From assembly GCF_036321535.1 (NCBI RefSeq), contig NC_087447.1, positions 42,348,001 through 42,412,000 on the forward strand: 64,000 nt of DNA. The letters are read 5' to 3'. Position 1 is the stretch's first letter. Each line of letters opens with the position of its first letter. Shown here one piece after another: positions 1 through 13,930 of this stretch. Made by a program: the position numbers and the translations under genes. The notes below the pieces were generated by a model. That model saw nothing but the letters and a program-made list of their open reading frames with translations, was not told the DNA's origin and did no database searches. Source of the stretch: Camelus dromedarius. Its lineage: Eukaryota.

Positions 1-49
1 ATTTCTCATCTGGCTGATATGGTTTGTTATCTACAAGGTAAACTGTGGC

Positions 50-200
50 AAAGGCAGTAGGCATCCTTGTCTTATTCCCAAATTACTGGAAATGTATCTT
101 ATTTTTACCATTAGGTATGGTATTTAATGTGGATTTCTAGGGAACATCTTTTATCAAGATAAGGAAATTTCTATTCTAGTATTCTTAGAGTTTTTCTTAA
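50..200 (-). mobile_element. Old L1 ORF2 fragment
   Basis: gggcatccttgtcttattcc...ctttatcaagataaggaa antisense L1 motif. Confidence 0.55.
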
Positions 201-1259
201 AAGCAGGCTCATAAAATTAATATACTACTTAGGATTTTAGGACCTCTATTTTCACAAATGAGACAGGACTATATTTGAATTCAGGATATGCTAGCCTCAA
301 AAAATTAAGTGGGTCCTATGCCGTAGAACAATTAATAAAAAACTTATTTTTATAATCTAAAAGTTGTGATTCTACCAGGGGAAAAAAGGCTAACAATATA
401 GATACTGTCTATCCAAATCACTTTTAAATAATTAAATAAGAAAGAGCCATTAGGGAGATATTAGATTATCTTTAAAGATCTAGCAAAGACATGAAAAATC
501 CAACCAAACAGTGGAGTGAGTCAGTTATAATAATCTTAGTGGAAGTAAAGTCACAGGTCTATTTTAAATGAGATTTTAAAAAATAAGTAATAATATGAAA
601 TGAACCAAAGTCCTCGTAGAAGAGATGAATATTTTTATGCCTTATAAGGCACAAAAAGAACCAGAATTTTAATCTTAGTCAAAAACTCTGTTTCATAAGT
701 AATTACAGTCCACTGCAAATATAGATACAACAATTTCCTTAGTGGGATCTTTTATCCCAGGAAGATTTAAAACAAGGTACAAAGATAATAAAGCCCATTA
801 CTGTGTACCAGTCAAGTCACAGTGTTAGTTATTTTTGTGTTAAGCTTAGGAATAGGTTTTGTAATAATTGGGACAATCTCTGTATATTTGGCATATCAGA
901 GCAAATGTACGATGTAAACTCTAATTGAGTAACTGATTTTCAGACTCGTGAACTCTTAAGGTTGAAAGATAAAAATTTTTTACTAACTTTGTAAACAGTG
1001 TTGGATAGTTTAAGAGAATTTAAGATTAACCATTTATTTATAATTTAAGGTTTATTAGAGTTGTTTCTGTATTCGGGAAAGTGTGCTTGGTTAGACTTTT
1101 AATGTATTTATAATTTTCGCAATTTATATCTAATTAGCAAATCATCCACTTAATTTAGTTTTTCAAATGAAATTATTCAGATGCTGAAATTCTTTATCAT
1201 TGTTCAAGGTGGCAAATGATAGGCTGACTTTTTATGTAAAAACTACTTTATAAAATTAC

Positions 1260-1416
1260 CTGAACAAGGGCATAGAAGATCTTGAAAATCTGTTTCTGGA
1301 TGAGGACAGACTGATCAGATTGATCAGAAAGAAGCTGAATAAATCGGTCCTTCAGAACTGGCAGGAAATGCTGCATTGCCGCTACCAATGGACTCCGTTC
1401 CTCTGGTTTCTTATAC
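1260..1416 (-). CDS. IPO7: Importin-7 exon 5 (157 nt, [52 protein letters not shown])
   Basis: Acceptor cccaaag, donor CAG|GTAATT; cumulative CDS is 636 nt = 212 codons, ending in phase 0. Confidence 0.96.
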
Positions 1417-1629
1417 CTTTGGGTAGGAATACAAACTAATTCTGTGAGAATTTACTCACAATTTTACTTACATATTTATGACATATAAACTTAAACTATT
1501 TGTCTGTTCATACAAATATAAGCAAATACTTCCTAAGCAACTTTATACTCCTAGAAAGAAAAAGAAAAACCTATGGAATCAAACCACAAGCAAAAGCAAC
1601 TTGAGAAAAACCTCAAATAATAACAATAT

Positions 1630-1810
1630 CTTAAGTTTACTGAGCATTTATTATGAGGTAAATACTCTTTAAGGTCCCATTAGTATCCTCACCTCTGTAG
1701 CAGAGGAAACTGAAGCACAGAGAAGTTAAGTATCTTTCCCAGTGTATACGTCTAGGTATGAACCTCAGCGGCTTCAGGATCTGCCCTGTTAACCACTTCA
1801 CTATGCTCTA
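1630..1810 (-). mobile_element. MIR SINE
   Basis: gaggaaactgaagcacagagaagttaagta core. Confidence 0.7.
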
Positions 1811-4682
1811 ACTATGAATAGTGATACAACTGAGAAACTACAATAATATGGCTTTTAAACATTAGCAGCTTATCAATATGAAACAGATTATATATTATCA
1901 TCGTTAAATAAATTACTTATCAAGAGCATTAAGGCAGAAGTGGCATCTCTAAAGCAGATATTCTACTTCGAAAAGCAGTATAAATCAGTTTTTTTGTAAC
2001 CTTTTTGGCAACAAAACCTGATCTCAACAGGCTATTTATGATCTCTATTTATCCCATTTTGGAGTGAATATTCACATATTTTATAGCAGATATAATAATG
2101 TGTTTGACCTCTGGGTACTGGTACAGTACATTTCAATATGAGTGTTACACAACATGTATTATGTGAACCTTCTGATTACCTTTTCAGAAAAATCCTGAAT
2201 TCTGAATCACATTTTGCTCCAAGGATATGGGTAAAGAATTGCTGACTAACTGAGACACTCTCCCATATAGATTCCAGAGCATTTTAACAGTAATGTTAAA
2301 AGGTCTATTGTTTGTTTGTTTTTAATTTTAAAATAATTGGTTTTCCCTACCAGCCTCCAGTTTTATCTACTGGTAGCTTTTCTGAAGGGAGAAAATGTCA
2401 AAAATTGAATATCTGAGAACACTTTTAAAAGGTTAAAGTACGCTCTTAGAAGGCTTGATTCTTTTTTCTTACTGGCTGAAATGAGAACCAAAGTAAACTT
2501 CTAAGAATAAAAAACACCAAGAGAAATGTTCACACTAATAATGATTAATATTATTAAACAATTAACTGACAGATTGTTTTAAATATTATTTTAGTGTACT
2601 GAGAAATTACACCTAGCATACATTTTGAAAGGTTATCTGTACATTTCTTTCAGTCAATAAAACAAAAACAATTTACAAAAGGAAGCCATTTGTACTTCCA
2701 ACCTGATTAGACAAAGTATATTAATTATTGACAAAACTTCCTTTTAACAATAAAGTGAGAACTATATGATACTATGCACCTCTCTCTGTTATCCAACCCA
2801 GGTGATTACCCACATTAAGAGGGTTTGAATGCCCATTCCATGTTGGACATTCTTCTTTCCTACCTCCTTCTCTACACTGAGTAGTGGACTGGAAGTTGAG
2901 TGGTTACTAGTTGCTAATCCAGACTAATGGGTATGAAAGTAATTTATGGAAGAAAACAAATACTATTCCATAAGACCTGCAAGTTTCTGAAAGCATGAAA
3001 ATGTGACACTTTAAAAGCGTACTACCACAAGACAGTTTGTCAATCTGGTGAACCATGCTCATAGGAAATTCTCAAATACTAGCCCATCGCTTTTCCATTT
3101 AAAAAAAAGTCAATGCTTCATCAGTATCTGAAAGATCATATGCAAATTCCCCATCGTGGCATTCAAAATTCTCTTTTTAACACGATCCCAACTTACCAAT
3201 CCAAAATGATCCCAATCTCTCAACAAAAGTTATCCATGCCATTTAGTGGTCTCCTCACTACCCACTACGAACAGTGTATCATTTCTACCTCTGTACCTTT
3301 CTTACTTTGTTCATACTGCTCTGTGTGGTGTGACATGCCTTCCTCTTCAAATGTTCCTTCTATGCTCCTTCAACTGACAAGCATTTCCTGAGGATCTATG
3401 CTCCTGAAGGCCACCACAACTTTCAATTTCTCCATGAATTTTCTTAGAAATGCTTCAGTCCACACAGATCCCTTGTGAAAACCTTGTGCTCCACAATCAA
3501 ACACTGGCTGAAAATGAACTGGAATTCCAATACTGTAGCAGCCTCCTATGTCTCCCATTTAAAAAAATGCCTGTCACACTCTCTCCTGCTAAGATTATAG
3601 GACAGGAGAGACTTGAACCTCCTCGATGACAATGACAGCTTATTACCATTATTCTCTCTCATTTTGGTCACTCACTTACCAGAACTACAACAACTGGCAC
3701 TCTGACAGAGGTTGGAGCAACAGCTGGAACATTCCTTAGCAGGAAGATGGGTAGCTGGTGGGAACACAAGAAAACACCAGTACCAGTGCTGTAAATGGTA
3801 TATTTCTCTCCTGCTCAGAACAAAAGCAGCAGTTCATCAGCCACTTTGAGTTAGGACCCAAAAAGGGTGTCGGAGGCTAACTACAAGTCCCAGAATTAGA
3901 GGGCTCACAATGGCATCTGTGTAGCTGTTAGAACTGGAAATAAAGTCACCATCATGGTGTAAATGTTCCTTCCTCATAATTTTCTATCAAAACTTTCAAG
4001 TGCCTACCAATTTCACCACGTTCACCATATACTTAAGAGAAAATCTCTGCAACATCTGGCTTACTACTTTTAGTACTATACCTCAACTTTCAAGGTTCGA
4101 TTTTTTTCTGGTCCCTAAACCCAGGTCTAAAATGATCCCTAAATCTTTCTTACCAATACTAATTACTTACGTGAACTATAATTTACTCAAATATGCAAAC
4201 ACAGAAGCAGGTGACTATGAATCCTTCAAACACAATGATTAAAACTGATCATTGAAATCCCCATATTCTTCTTAAAGAATTCTAAGTAGGTTCTTGAAAC
4301 TTATCAAGAACCCAAATTAAGATAAAAATCACAGAAAGTCAGAAATAATAACTCTAATGTTCAATGTATTCGGGGGGGGGAAGCTTATCTTTAGGCCTTT
4401 TCAAGCACAAACTTAGGAGCCCATATTGAGGAGCTAGAGATAACCTGGGTTTTGAATAGGGAAACAAATAATGTTTAAGGAAAAAGGGCACAAGGAGTTT
4501 CATAGTTGAATCAACAGAAAAGACTGCAGAATCAGAAGAATACTATTTCAAAAGAAAATACAATTAAAATCAACATGTAATTCACTAATTTTAATATATG
4601 TAAGATGTTCAAACCAATTAGCTTAAATTTCCCAAGCTTTTTCCACTTCTTAAAACTCTACAGGAATTGAGAGGGACACTTA

Positions 4683-4883
<201 letters not shown>

Positions 4884-5124
4884 CTAGATAAAGTTTTGCT
4901 AATTCACACAAAGAAAAAGGTTGTTTAGGAAAAACAGGTCACTGAGCAAAAACTGTCACTACCAATTTAAAAGAAACCCAACAAATGTTACAAATGAAGG
5001 TAATTTTATTTTTCACACCTATCACCAACTGAGAAGTTCCACTTAGAACTTCAACTATTCTCATTAAAAATTCTATAAAATCATGTAAAAAACAAGAACT
5101 TTCAAATATCAAAAGGCCATACAA

Positions 5125-5250
5125 GGGGGAGGGTATAGCTCAAGTGGTAGAGCACACGCTTAGCATGCATGAGGTCCTGGGTTCAATTCCCAGTACCTCT
5201 TCTAAAAACAAATAAACAAACCTAATTACCCTCTCACCCCACCCCCAAAA
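5125..5250 (+). mobile_element. vic-1-type tRNA-derived SINE
   Basis: A box tagctcaagtgg, B box ggttcaattcc, tail aaacctaattacc, degenerate TSD aaaaggccataca/aaaagaccatcca. Confidence 0.9.
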
Positions 5251-5540
5251 AAGACCATCCACTATAAAGTATATGACAGCATTCTATAACTTTCTATACC
5301 TCCTTTCATCTGCTCAAAATATGTTTCACAAGTTTTACATGAAGTTTAAAGTTTTTGGTTTTATAATGTAAAATTAAATTGCAGTAAGAAAACAAAAGAA
5401 TTCTCCTGTAACAGCATTTATTAAGTTTTCTGCTACAAAAATGACAGGTTTTTATGTTTCGAAAATACCTCCTTCTACACCTCCCAAACCATGCAAATTA
5501 CATACCTGCAACAATAGTTAAGTTTAAAATATATACATAC

Positions 5541-5694
5541 CTGATGAGCTCAGGAGAGTGGATAATGGCTTCTACAATATTTTCTCGAATACAATGTCTA
5601 TCTTCTTCTGGAATAGTATAAGGGGATATATCCCCTGGTGCTGTTTCCCGATCAGGCCAATACTGTGTTACCATATTTTTCAAATAGATAACAC
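5541..5694 (-). CDS. IPO7: Importin-7 exon 3 (154 nt, [52 protein letters not shown])
   Basis: Acceptor ttttag, donor AG|GTATGT; contained in ORF 5498..5764; importin-beta N-terminal domain sequence. Confidence 0.97.
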
Positions 5695-6109
5695 CTAAAA
5701 TATAGATCAGTTTGACAAAAGTGTATTTACTGTGAAAGAACTGTGAATATCCCTGTGTCCACACTTCAATATATTTCTTTCAGACCAGCCATTGCTAGTA
5801 AAATTATTCTTTTGAAAATCAAAATACTGCATTCTATTATTTTAAAAGTTTATAATCAAAACAAATTTAATGCTCAGCTACAATAATCACTCACAAAGTT
5901 ATTAAATGTATAGCCTAAGAGATCCTGCAAGTAAACACACTATGAACAAAACTTTTTATATCCCATTTTATATCCCATTTATACATAATATTTTTCATCT
6001 GTTTTCCGTAGGAAAACAATTTAATTTTACCAAATCCATTTTCTAAATGAAGCCTCTAAAAACAAAACCACATACACATACTGATAGTTTCTCTAATTAA
6101 TAACCCTGC

Positions 6110-6390
6110 TATGTAGGCTGAATGTTTGTGGCCCCCCAAATTCATACTGAAACCCTAACCCCCAATGTGATGCAGGGATGAGGCCTCTGGTAGGTGATCA
6201 GGTAATGAGGGCTCTGTCCTCATGAATGGGATTAACGCCCGTGTACGAGACACCCCGGAGAATGTCCTCCCCTCTACCACACAAGGTTCTGTGAAATTCC
6301 CAAAGCCTCCACCTTAGACTCCCAGCCTCCTGCTGTGTGTAAGCCATAAAGTCTACAGTATTCTGTCACAGCAGAGTGACCAAGACACAT
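6110..6390 (+). mobile_element. MaLR (MLT1-like) LTR
   Basis: ggctgaatgtttgtggccccccaaattcata...ctcatgaatgggatta. Confidence 0.8.
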
Positions 6391-8213
6391 AATGGCTGTC
6401 CTTTTTATCACAGAAAAACTACAGTCTAGACTATAAATCTAAGCCTTTCAATCATACACCACAATCACACCACTTTAAATTCATGTTACTTTATGGCAGA
6501 ATTAGCTGTGTTCAGAAATTAAAGATTACTATTTTCTGTCAGTCCTCATACTGCCATCCTGTACATCACTAATTAACTCTGACTGAACTAACTTGCTAAC
6601 AATGCTTTTTACCCAGCCTTCTCCACCCAAATGAGATTCCTCAATCACAGATGTACAGGGTGTACAGGAAAGGGAAATTATTCAAAATTAACTAATTCCT
6701 AAATTCTGCAAAACACTGACTCTTCTCTGATTAGTAATTAACTCTTACCTGGAGTCCTGTATCTATTCAAATAAGAGTAACTGATACAATTACGATTCTT
6801 ATATTCTATTTTGCTTTATCTTGGAAATTAAAATACCCCATCTTATAGCATTTCAAAAAAATTGTAACTACAGATTAAAATAACCTTCAACAAAAGCTTT
6901 AAGATAAACCACATCTACAGTAAAGAACACTGACTCAGTATGTGGAACTGACTTATTTCAAATTAATACCATTTTATTCTTTAGCTCCAAAACAGAACGA
7001 AGATAAATTAAGACTTGATACAGCCCCTATGTCTTCCAGATACAGCCTCTGAGTATTTCTATCATAATGCACAAAGGAATTGGCTATATATACTTTATAC
7101 AATTTTGATTCAGTATTTTAAAAATTATTTGGTCCAACAAAACACATAAATAAGTGAGAAGTGCACTGCAAGAATCTCATGATTCAGTCTACTCCATCCA
7201 GAATGCTTGAACTCTGCTACAAAGACCGAACGAATCTTTCAAACTCTAGCAGATGAAACCACCATACGCTATGCACTACAGAGTATCATTCTACTATTAC
7301 AAGAATGTAATTTTTAAAGTAATGATTGTATTTTTAAAATCTAGACCAATTCCATAGTTTGGCTGCTTCTGGTTTTTGTACATACTAATAAACAACTTTC
7401 TAGTGGAATTTAATTTTACTAATACACATAATCAAGTCTCTAACGTGTTAAGGATCCCTCATAAAAGCCAAACACTTTCAACATTTTAGTAAAAATTCGA
7501 GATTTAAAGGCAAAAATTCTTATCTAAAAAAAATAAATGGGAAAATGTCAACTTCATTAGTTAAAAGAAATGATAGTTAAGATAATCACAATAACCTTAT
7601 CCTATTTAATGAGAAAATTTTTTTAAAGATTTACTGCTGACCAGGGTCCAGTGAAATTACTGAATTTTATGGGCACAAAAAAATGTTCCATTTTCATGCT
7701 ACTTATATACCAATTAAAAAAATCATAAGCAACTTATATTCATTTACTCATTTACTGAGTATCTTCAGTGTGTCAGGCAATACTTTAGGCACTGGGAATA
7801 CAATAGTTAATCAAACAGACCTGAAATTAAACTGAGAAATGGTTCACTGGCACATTATGGTTAATTATTGAGCCATTAAAATATACATTTTAAGACTAAC
7901 ACTATGTAAAGGAAAATGATTATTATACATTAAATAAAGAAAGCAAGGGAAAAAAATTTTTAACAAAATTGGTATAGGGAAAAAGTACAGGAAGAAACAA
8001 CCCCAGAATATAACTGGCGTTTCTAGAATAGTGAAGTTATTGGCACTTTATATTTCCTACTGCTAATAAATTAAGTAACAAGACATTAAAGATGTGAATT
8101 ACATTATTCTTCAGACTAACAGATAATATCAGAAGTAGTATGCCACATGTTCATAGATTTCATTTGATACTCAATATCTTATTAAAACTGGAACTAAGAA
8201 ATGGTGCCTTTTA

Positions 8214-8406
8214 TTTTTCTATTTTCAGATTCTTTTCCATTATAGCTATTACATGAAACTGAATAGTTTTCTGTGCTATACAGTAGGTCTTTGTTGTTTA
8301 TCTATTTTATATATAATAATGTGTATCTGTTAATCTCAAAATTCTAATTTATCCCTCCCTCTCCTTTCCCCTTTGGTAACCAGTTTGTTTTCTATGTCCA
8401 CAAGTC
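8214..8406 (-). mobile_element. L1 3' UTR fragment
   Basis: ctgtgctatacagtagg...ccctttggtaacc motif; TSD agaaat(g/a)gt(g/a)cctttta. Confidence 0.8.
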
Positions 8407-8780
8407 AGAAATAGTACCTTTTAAATAGTTAAAACAAAACAGTAATAGCAAATAGCAATAAGGAACAATTGCATTAAAAAAGGTTTCTATCTTAGAATCA
8501 TCCATCATGGAAGGAAATAGGGGATAGTGAGAATCTTTTAATAAACCCCCTCAAATTCTTTCCAGCTTCTTTTTCAATTCAATGAAATATCACATTCCTT
8601 TAAACTCTGCCACCAAATGTCAAGGCACTTGCAGCAGCTTGTAGTAAACACATGAGGGCAAACCAATGTTTAGGAAGGAGAATCACTGAAGGGCCTTTAA
8701 AGATACTTCTGCTATTCAACTCTGAACCTTTTAAACAATATTATTTATATACATCAAACAAGATAATTCAGAAAACTTGC

Positions 8781-8862
8781 CTGCCTGTCTCACAGGTAAA
8801 TCCAGTTGTTCCGACATAGTAATCTGAAGCAGTGTTGAAACAAAATTCAGAGACTTGTGTGC
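8781..8862 (-). CDS. IPO7: Importin-7 exon 2 (82 nt, [27 protein letters not shown]+G)
   Basis: Acceptor tttgtag; in frame with exons 1 and 3; donor is CAG|GCAAGT (GC type). Confidence 0.95.
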
Positions 8863-10189
8863 CTACAAACAAACAAAAACATTTTAAATTTCTTAAAGTA
8901 AATATTCACAGTACTCTATTTCATGACTTGTCTAGTACAAAAGGCTCTCCTCCACAAGTTGGTCCCAGCCTTACTTTTTATCACTCATGTATAAGGAACT
9001 CAAAAAAATTCAGTAACCGAACTCCTAAAACTTTCAGATGTTTGTATTTGCCTGATACCACTGCATTTTCCATTTATCCCAGTTGGCATCCTTAACCTAC
9101 ACAGGTGGCAGCAGTTTAAAAACACTGACTTCTGTGATAACCTATTTTCCCACTTGAGTAATAATTTCTCCATAGAGACGTTCTATTAAGTAGCTAGACA
9201 AAAACTAAATCAGTAAAACTTAATAGCCTGAGGGGTGGTTCCCAAAGTGCTAATAATGCTTTATTTCTTTATATGGCTATTTTATAAAAGTGTATAGTTT
9301 GTGAAAATTAATCAGCTATACCCTCATGATCACTTTTCTGCATGCACGTTACAGTTCAATAGAATATTAACAATGAACAGCTTTGAACATACAGTAAAAG
9401 TAGGATACAAACTATATCATGATCATTTAGGAAGTATATTTATATGAATATGCAATGCAACATATACAGAAAAGAATGAAATACACCAAAAATGCCAATA
9501 AGTTATATCTGGGGTGATGGGATTAATAGAGGAGCTAGTCTATATATTTTCTGTTTTCCAAATTTTATGCTATGATCATGGGTTAGTTTCATTAACAGTA
9601 CAAAAGAGTTACTTACTAATTCCTAAATGTCATATTTGCTTTTGATTTTTTAAAAAGAACTGAAATCCCTTCTTGTATGTTTTCTCAGTTTCATTCCCTC
9701 TCCTCTGATATAACCACCAGGTATAATGTCATCTCCTTTCAGTCCAAGCTTTAGTATTTTTCCACACATGTTCACATGGACAATAGTGATTTTTTTTTAA
9801 AGTTTCCTCTTTACAGACTTTTCATTCATTCTACAAACAGAAAAATTTCCCTTTGGATATAAAAAATGTCTTCCACATTAGACCCAGAGTGATACTTCAT
9901 TCATTCAGTCACTCTACAAATTATTTATTTAGGTGTTCTTGGTATAAGACAGTATGCCTCAAGCTGAGAATACAGGGTTGAACAAGAAAATGAAGCTCCA
10001 ATGACCTCATGGAAACTTAACAGAGAAGGAAAACAAGATAATAAAGGTAAATGGAAGTAGAAGACACTATGGAAAAACCAAAAGTACAACTCCTAACCCA
10101 GAAGTAAAGCTTAAATTTAAGATATGAACAGAAACAGTTAGGTAGATGAAGGGGAGGAATTTACACTTTCCAGTACTCTAAATAGATCT

Positions 10190-11312
10190 GAACAGTTAAC
10201 CACTATAACTTTCTTGAAACACCTATGTAATTCATACACCACTTTTCCTGGTACCTTCTCATGCTCCTTGGCTCATTTCTCATTCTATCTACAAATGTTA
10301 GAACCTGGTGCCAGGACTTAGACTATCTTTTCTACTCTCCAGCTGAATTCATCCAACACCTATCTTTAAATTCTATCAATATGTCAAATATGTTATTTCC
10401 AGTCCAGATCACTGTAACAGACCTATTCAACATCCCTACCTTCGTTAGCTCACAGGATTCTCAAATTATGTCCAAATCATCTTTTTCCCTAAAAGCTGTG
10501 ATTCGGCTTCCTTGTATCATCTCTCCCAAACCCTGTCATCACTACCCTCAAAGTTATTCACGTCTGAAAACTGAATCTCATCTTTAATACTTCAATTTTC
10601 TTTATCCCAATTCAATACATCAGGCCCTGTCAATTCTATATCCAAAATGCTTGTATAATTAATATATCCTTTTTCTCCATTCCCATTAACACCAACCTAG
10701 TCCAAGTGAAGATTATCCACCCCCGCCAACCATTATCCATCTCGTAGTCAATGATCTTCAAAATTCTAAACTAATCCCCTTTAAACAAACCTTTTAACAA
10801 TTTTCTACTCTATTTCCTAAGCCTAAAAGGCCACGTATTATCTTATCCCTGCTCATTTCTTCAGCCTCATTGAAAGAAACCTTCTCATCCCCCACTGCCC
10901 CACCTTAGCAGCCTTCTTTAGGTTCTTTCAACAACAAACATATTACCCCATTTCAGAGTCTGTGTACATGCTGTGACTTTCTACCTACAACACTCTTCTC
11001 TCTAATACTTCACCAGAGTTAATTGGTCCATAACTTCACATTCTTTATCTCAGCTGAAACATTCCCTTAAAGAAGCATTTCCTCATTGATCACTATGGGC
11101 TCCCTATTACTCTCATAAGCGCCAAGGTTTTTTATTTCATAATACTTATTACATATTTACAATTATTATATCCATAGAGTGGCTTTATATCTGCCTCTCC
11201 TATTAGACTTCAAGCTCCACTGGGAGTAGGGACTTTATTGTTTGTATACCCAGTTCCTCTTATGTTCGGCATTTAAAATATTCAAATATTTATTAAAAGA
11301 ATAAATGAATCA
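10190..11312 (+). mobile_element. L2 LINE 3' fragment
   Basis: Pyrimidine-rich L2 motifs (tagacttcaagctcc), ending aaatatttattaaaagaataaatgaat. Confidence 0.65.
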
Positions 11313-12419
11313 ACAACAAAAAAAGTGCCTTGGAAGTAGCTGTAATCACCTAGGGGCAGTGCAGGACAAAAAAGTGTATTATATTTTAGGGGTAGACTGA
11401 TAAGCCCACAAAGGCCACTACTATGGCATGTTTTAGGACATTAGTATTACAGTATATATCTTATATCCTGCATCAAATTATGAACTCCTGGAATGAACTG
11501 CTAGAATCAGTTAATAAATATAGGGGATGTCAGTCCCTACATTTTTTAACTTTTGAGCAAATTGATTCAGCAGATCAAAGTTACAAAATTAGTATAACAA
11601 AATCTACTTCACAGGCTAGCTCCAAGGAATATATACAGAAAATATTTGAGCAAATATCAAGACACACTAAATGTTATGTTGTTTACAAACCCATACACAA
11701 GAGAATCTCATCTTTCTCAGAAAGTATGTTCTAAAGTCAGTAGGACATAAACCAATTTTGTCAAATTACTTTAGTTCCTTTAATCACTCATAAAATACAG
11801 CACGTTGTTTTTATATATATATACAACATTCTCTTGAAGTTCCCAAAACTAAGCCTTTCCTTCTGAGTTAAAAAAGACTGCTTTCTATAATTGGAACCCC
11901 AAGTGAAATTGTTGGTTTATGTTTAGGAGTCACTTTTAAACAATGAAAACCACACAAAGCACCACTGTTTTTGTTGGCTGGACACATAATTAGCTATATG
12001 TGAGTTAAAAGTGAACATATGCCCCTCACTGTATCTTCCTATAGCACAAAAGGTACTACATAAATGTTACATTAACAAAGGACCTTTACCAATTTCTAAC
12101 TTCTTAAGGTTTAAATAAAACAAAACAAACAAAAAATCAGAAGAGTACTTGAAGGAAACCAAGGTAAATATTTTTTAACATCTTGGTGGGAAAAACCTAA
12201 GCATGATATCAAAAGATGAAAGCCATGAAATAGTTTTAGTGTCAAAGAGATAAAAAGTAAAACTTTTTAAGCTCCCTCCATCAGTATAAATAATGATGAA
12301 AAAAATCTGCAACATCTGAGGAAGAGTTAATCACTCCAAAACAAAAATTAGCAAATATATGCAATCAAAATACAAAAGAATCAGTACAACTGGACAAGAC
12401 AGTCCTAACCCAAAACAAT

Positions 12420-13930
12420 ATGTGCAAAGCACTGGTGAAGATATTAAAAAAATGGAACTCACACTGCTGGTGGATGTATAAAACGGTACAATGATTAAGT
12501 ATCTGACACGTACCTGTCTTACAGCCTAGCAATTCCACCCTTATATATCCAAAAGAAGTAAGTGCTTAAGTCCATAATAATACAAGTGAATGTATAAATA
12601 AATTGTTGTACAATGAAATACTATACAACAACTTAAAAAAATAAAACCAACCTATGGAATCAAGCAATAATATAGATCTCAAAAACATGTTGAGAAAGAA
12701 GGCATGTGATTCTATTAATATGAAGTTTGAGGACAGGCAAGTCTAATCTATAGTTAACAGAAGTCTGAATAATGGTAATCTGGAGAAAGGTATGATTAGG
12801 AAGAGTTTCAAGCAAAAATTCTAGGCCTATGGGAATGTTTTATCTATCGATCTATCTTCATCTGGAGAGTGATACTTAGGTAAAAGCTCACTGAGATGTG
12901 CATATTTTTGAGTTTTGTATTATATATAAATTATCCCTCAATTAAAAGAAAAAAATTCAAGACTACTTTTATCTGAACATTCATTATTCATAATAGCCCC
13001 AAAGTGGAAACAACCCAGATGTCCATCAACTGATGAGTGGATAAGCAAAATGTGGCATATCCATATATACAAGCAACATTATTCAGTAATAAAAAGAATG
13101 AAGTACTGATACACGCTACAACATGCATGAACCTCAAAAACATTGCGCTGTATGAAAGAAGACAGTCACAGAAGACTATAGATTGTATGACTTCATTTAT
13201 GTGAAATCTCCAGAATAGGTTATGGACAGTTAGTATGGCCTGGGGGTGTCAGGGAGGAATGGGGTTTCTTTTTGGGGTAATGAAAAGGTTCTAAAGTTTG
13301 TCATGATGGCTGTGTAACTGAATATACTAAAAACTATTGAACTGGATACTAAAGTGGTTGAATTCAACACATTAATTTTTTTTAAAAAAATCAACAAAAC
13401 TAAACATTGAAAGAAGCACTTATCAGTTTATTACTCTTATTTTAAGTCACTTTGAATGCCTTCTAAAACACTCCAGCATAAATTTAAAAAGTGCAACTGA
13501 CAAAAAAAGTGTTACTTTCAGACAACTGAGCTAGACTAAGGGTAAGAAAGGATACTGTCAGTGGGATTAGCACAAACAATCTCAACCTGGGACATCTATC
13601 TACTGGCCCCATCCAACTGAAATCTCTAATGCAGGAAGCCTTATACTCTCCCAAAGAAGGTTAACAAATGGACTTAAATTAGTACTAAGTATCAGACATC
13701 AGATCCTCAAGAAAACTGAGACAGAAAGTAGATTTGCCATCGCTTGGGGCTGGGCTGGGAATTACCATAAACTGGAAAGAGGCATCATATTGGGATAATG
13801 GAAATGTTCCAAAACCGGATTGTGGTGGTAATAGTTGTACAACTCAATAAATCTACTAAAAATCACTAATTTTCACTTAAAACAAGTGAAGTTTACAGTA
13901 CATAAATTATACCTCAAAATAAAGTTTAAA
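12420..13930 (+). mobile_element. Several old L1 3' fragments in IPO7 intron 1
   Basis: Motifs tggaaacaacccagatgtccatcaactgatgagtggataa and atgaacctcaaaaacatt. Confidence 0.78.

Noticed and set aside
1..1259. IPO7 exon 6 or an intronic snoRNA
   Set aside because: No matching coding sequence or convincing snoRNA box structure found; downstream exons lie outside the window
2864..2923. Possible 60-nt poison exon in intron 4 (minus strand; cattag acceptor, GAG|GTAGGA donor, in-frame TAG)
   Set aside because: Such pseudo-exons are common by chance; no transcript or conservation evidence is available here
5125..5200. tRNA-Ala-like gene (and about 15 similar units)
   Set aside because: Diverged copies with A-rich tails and TSDs are SINEs, not tRNA genes
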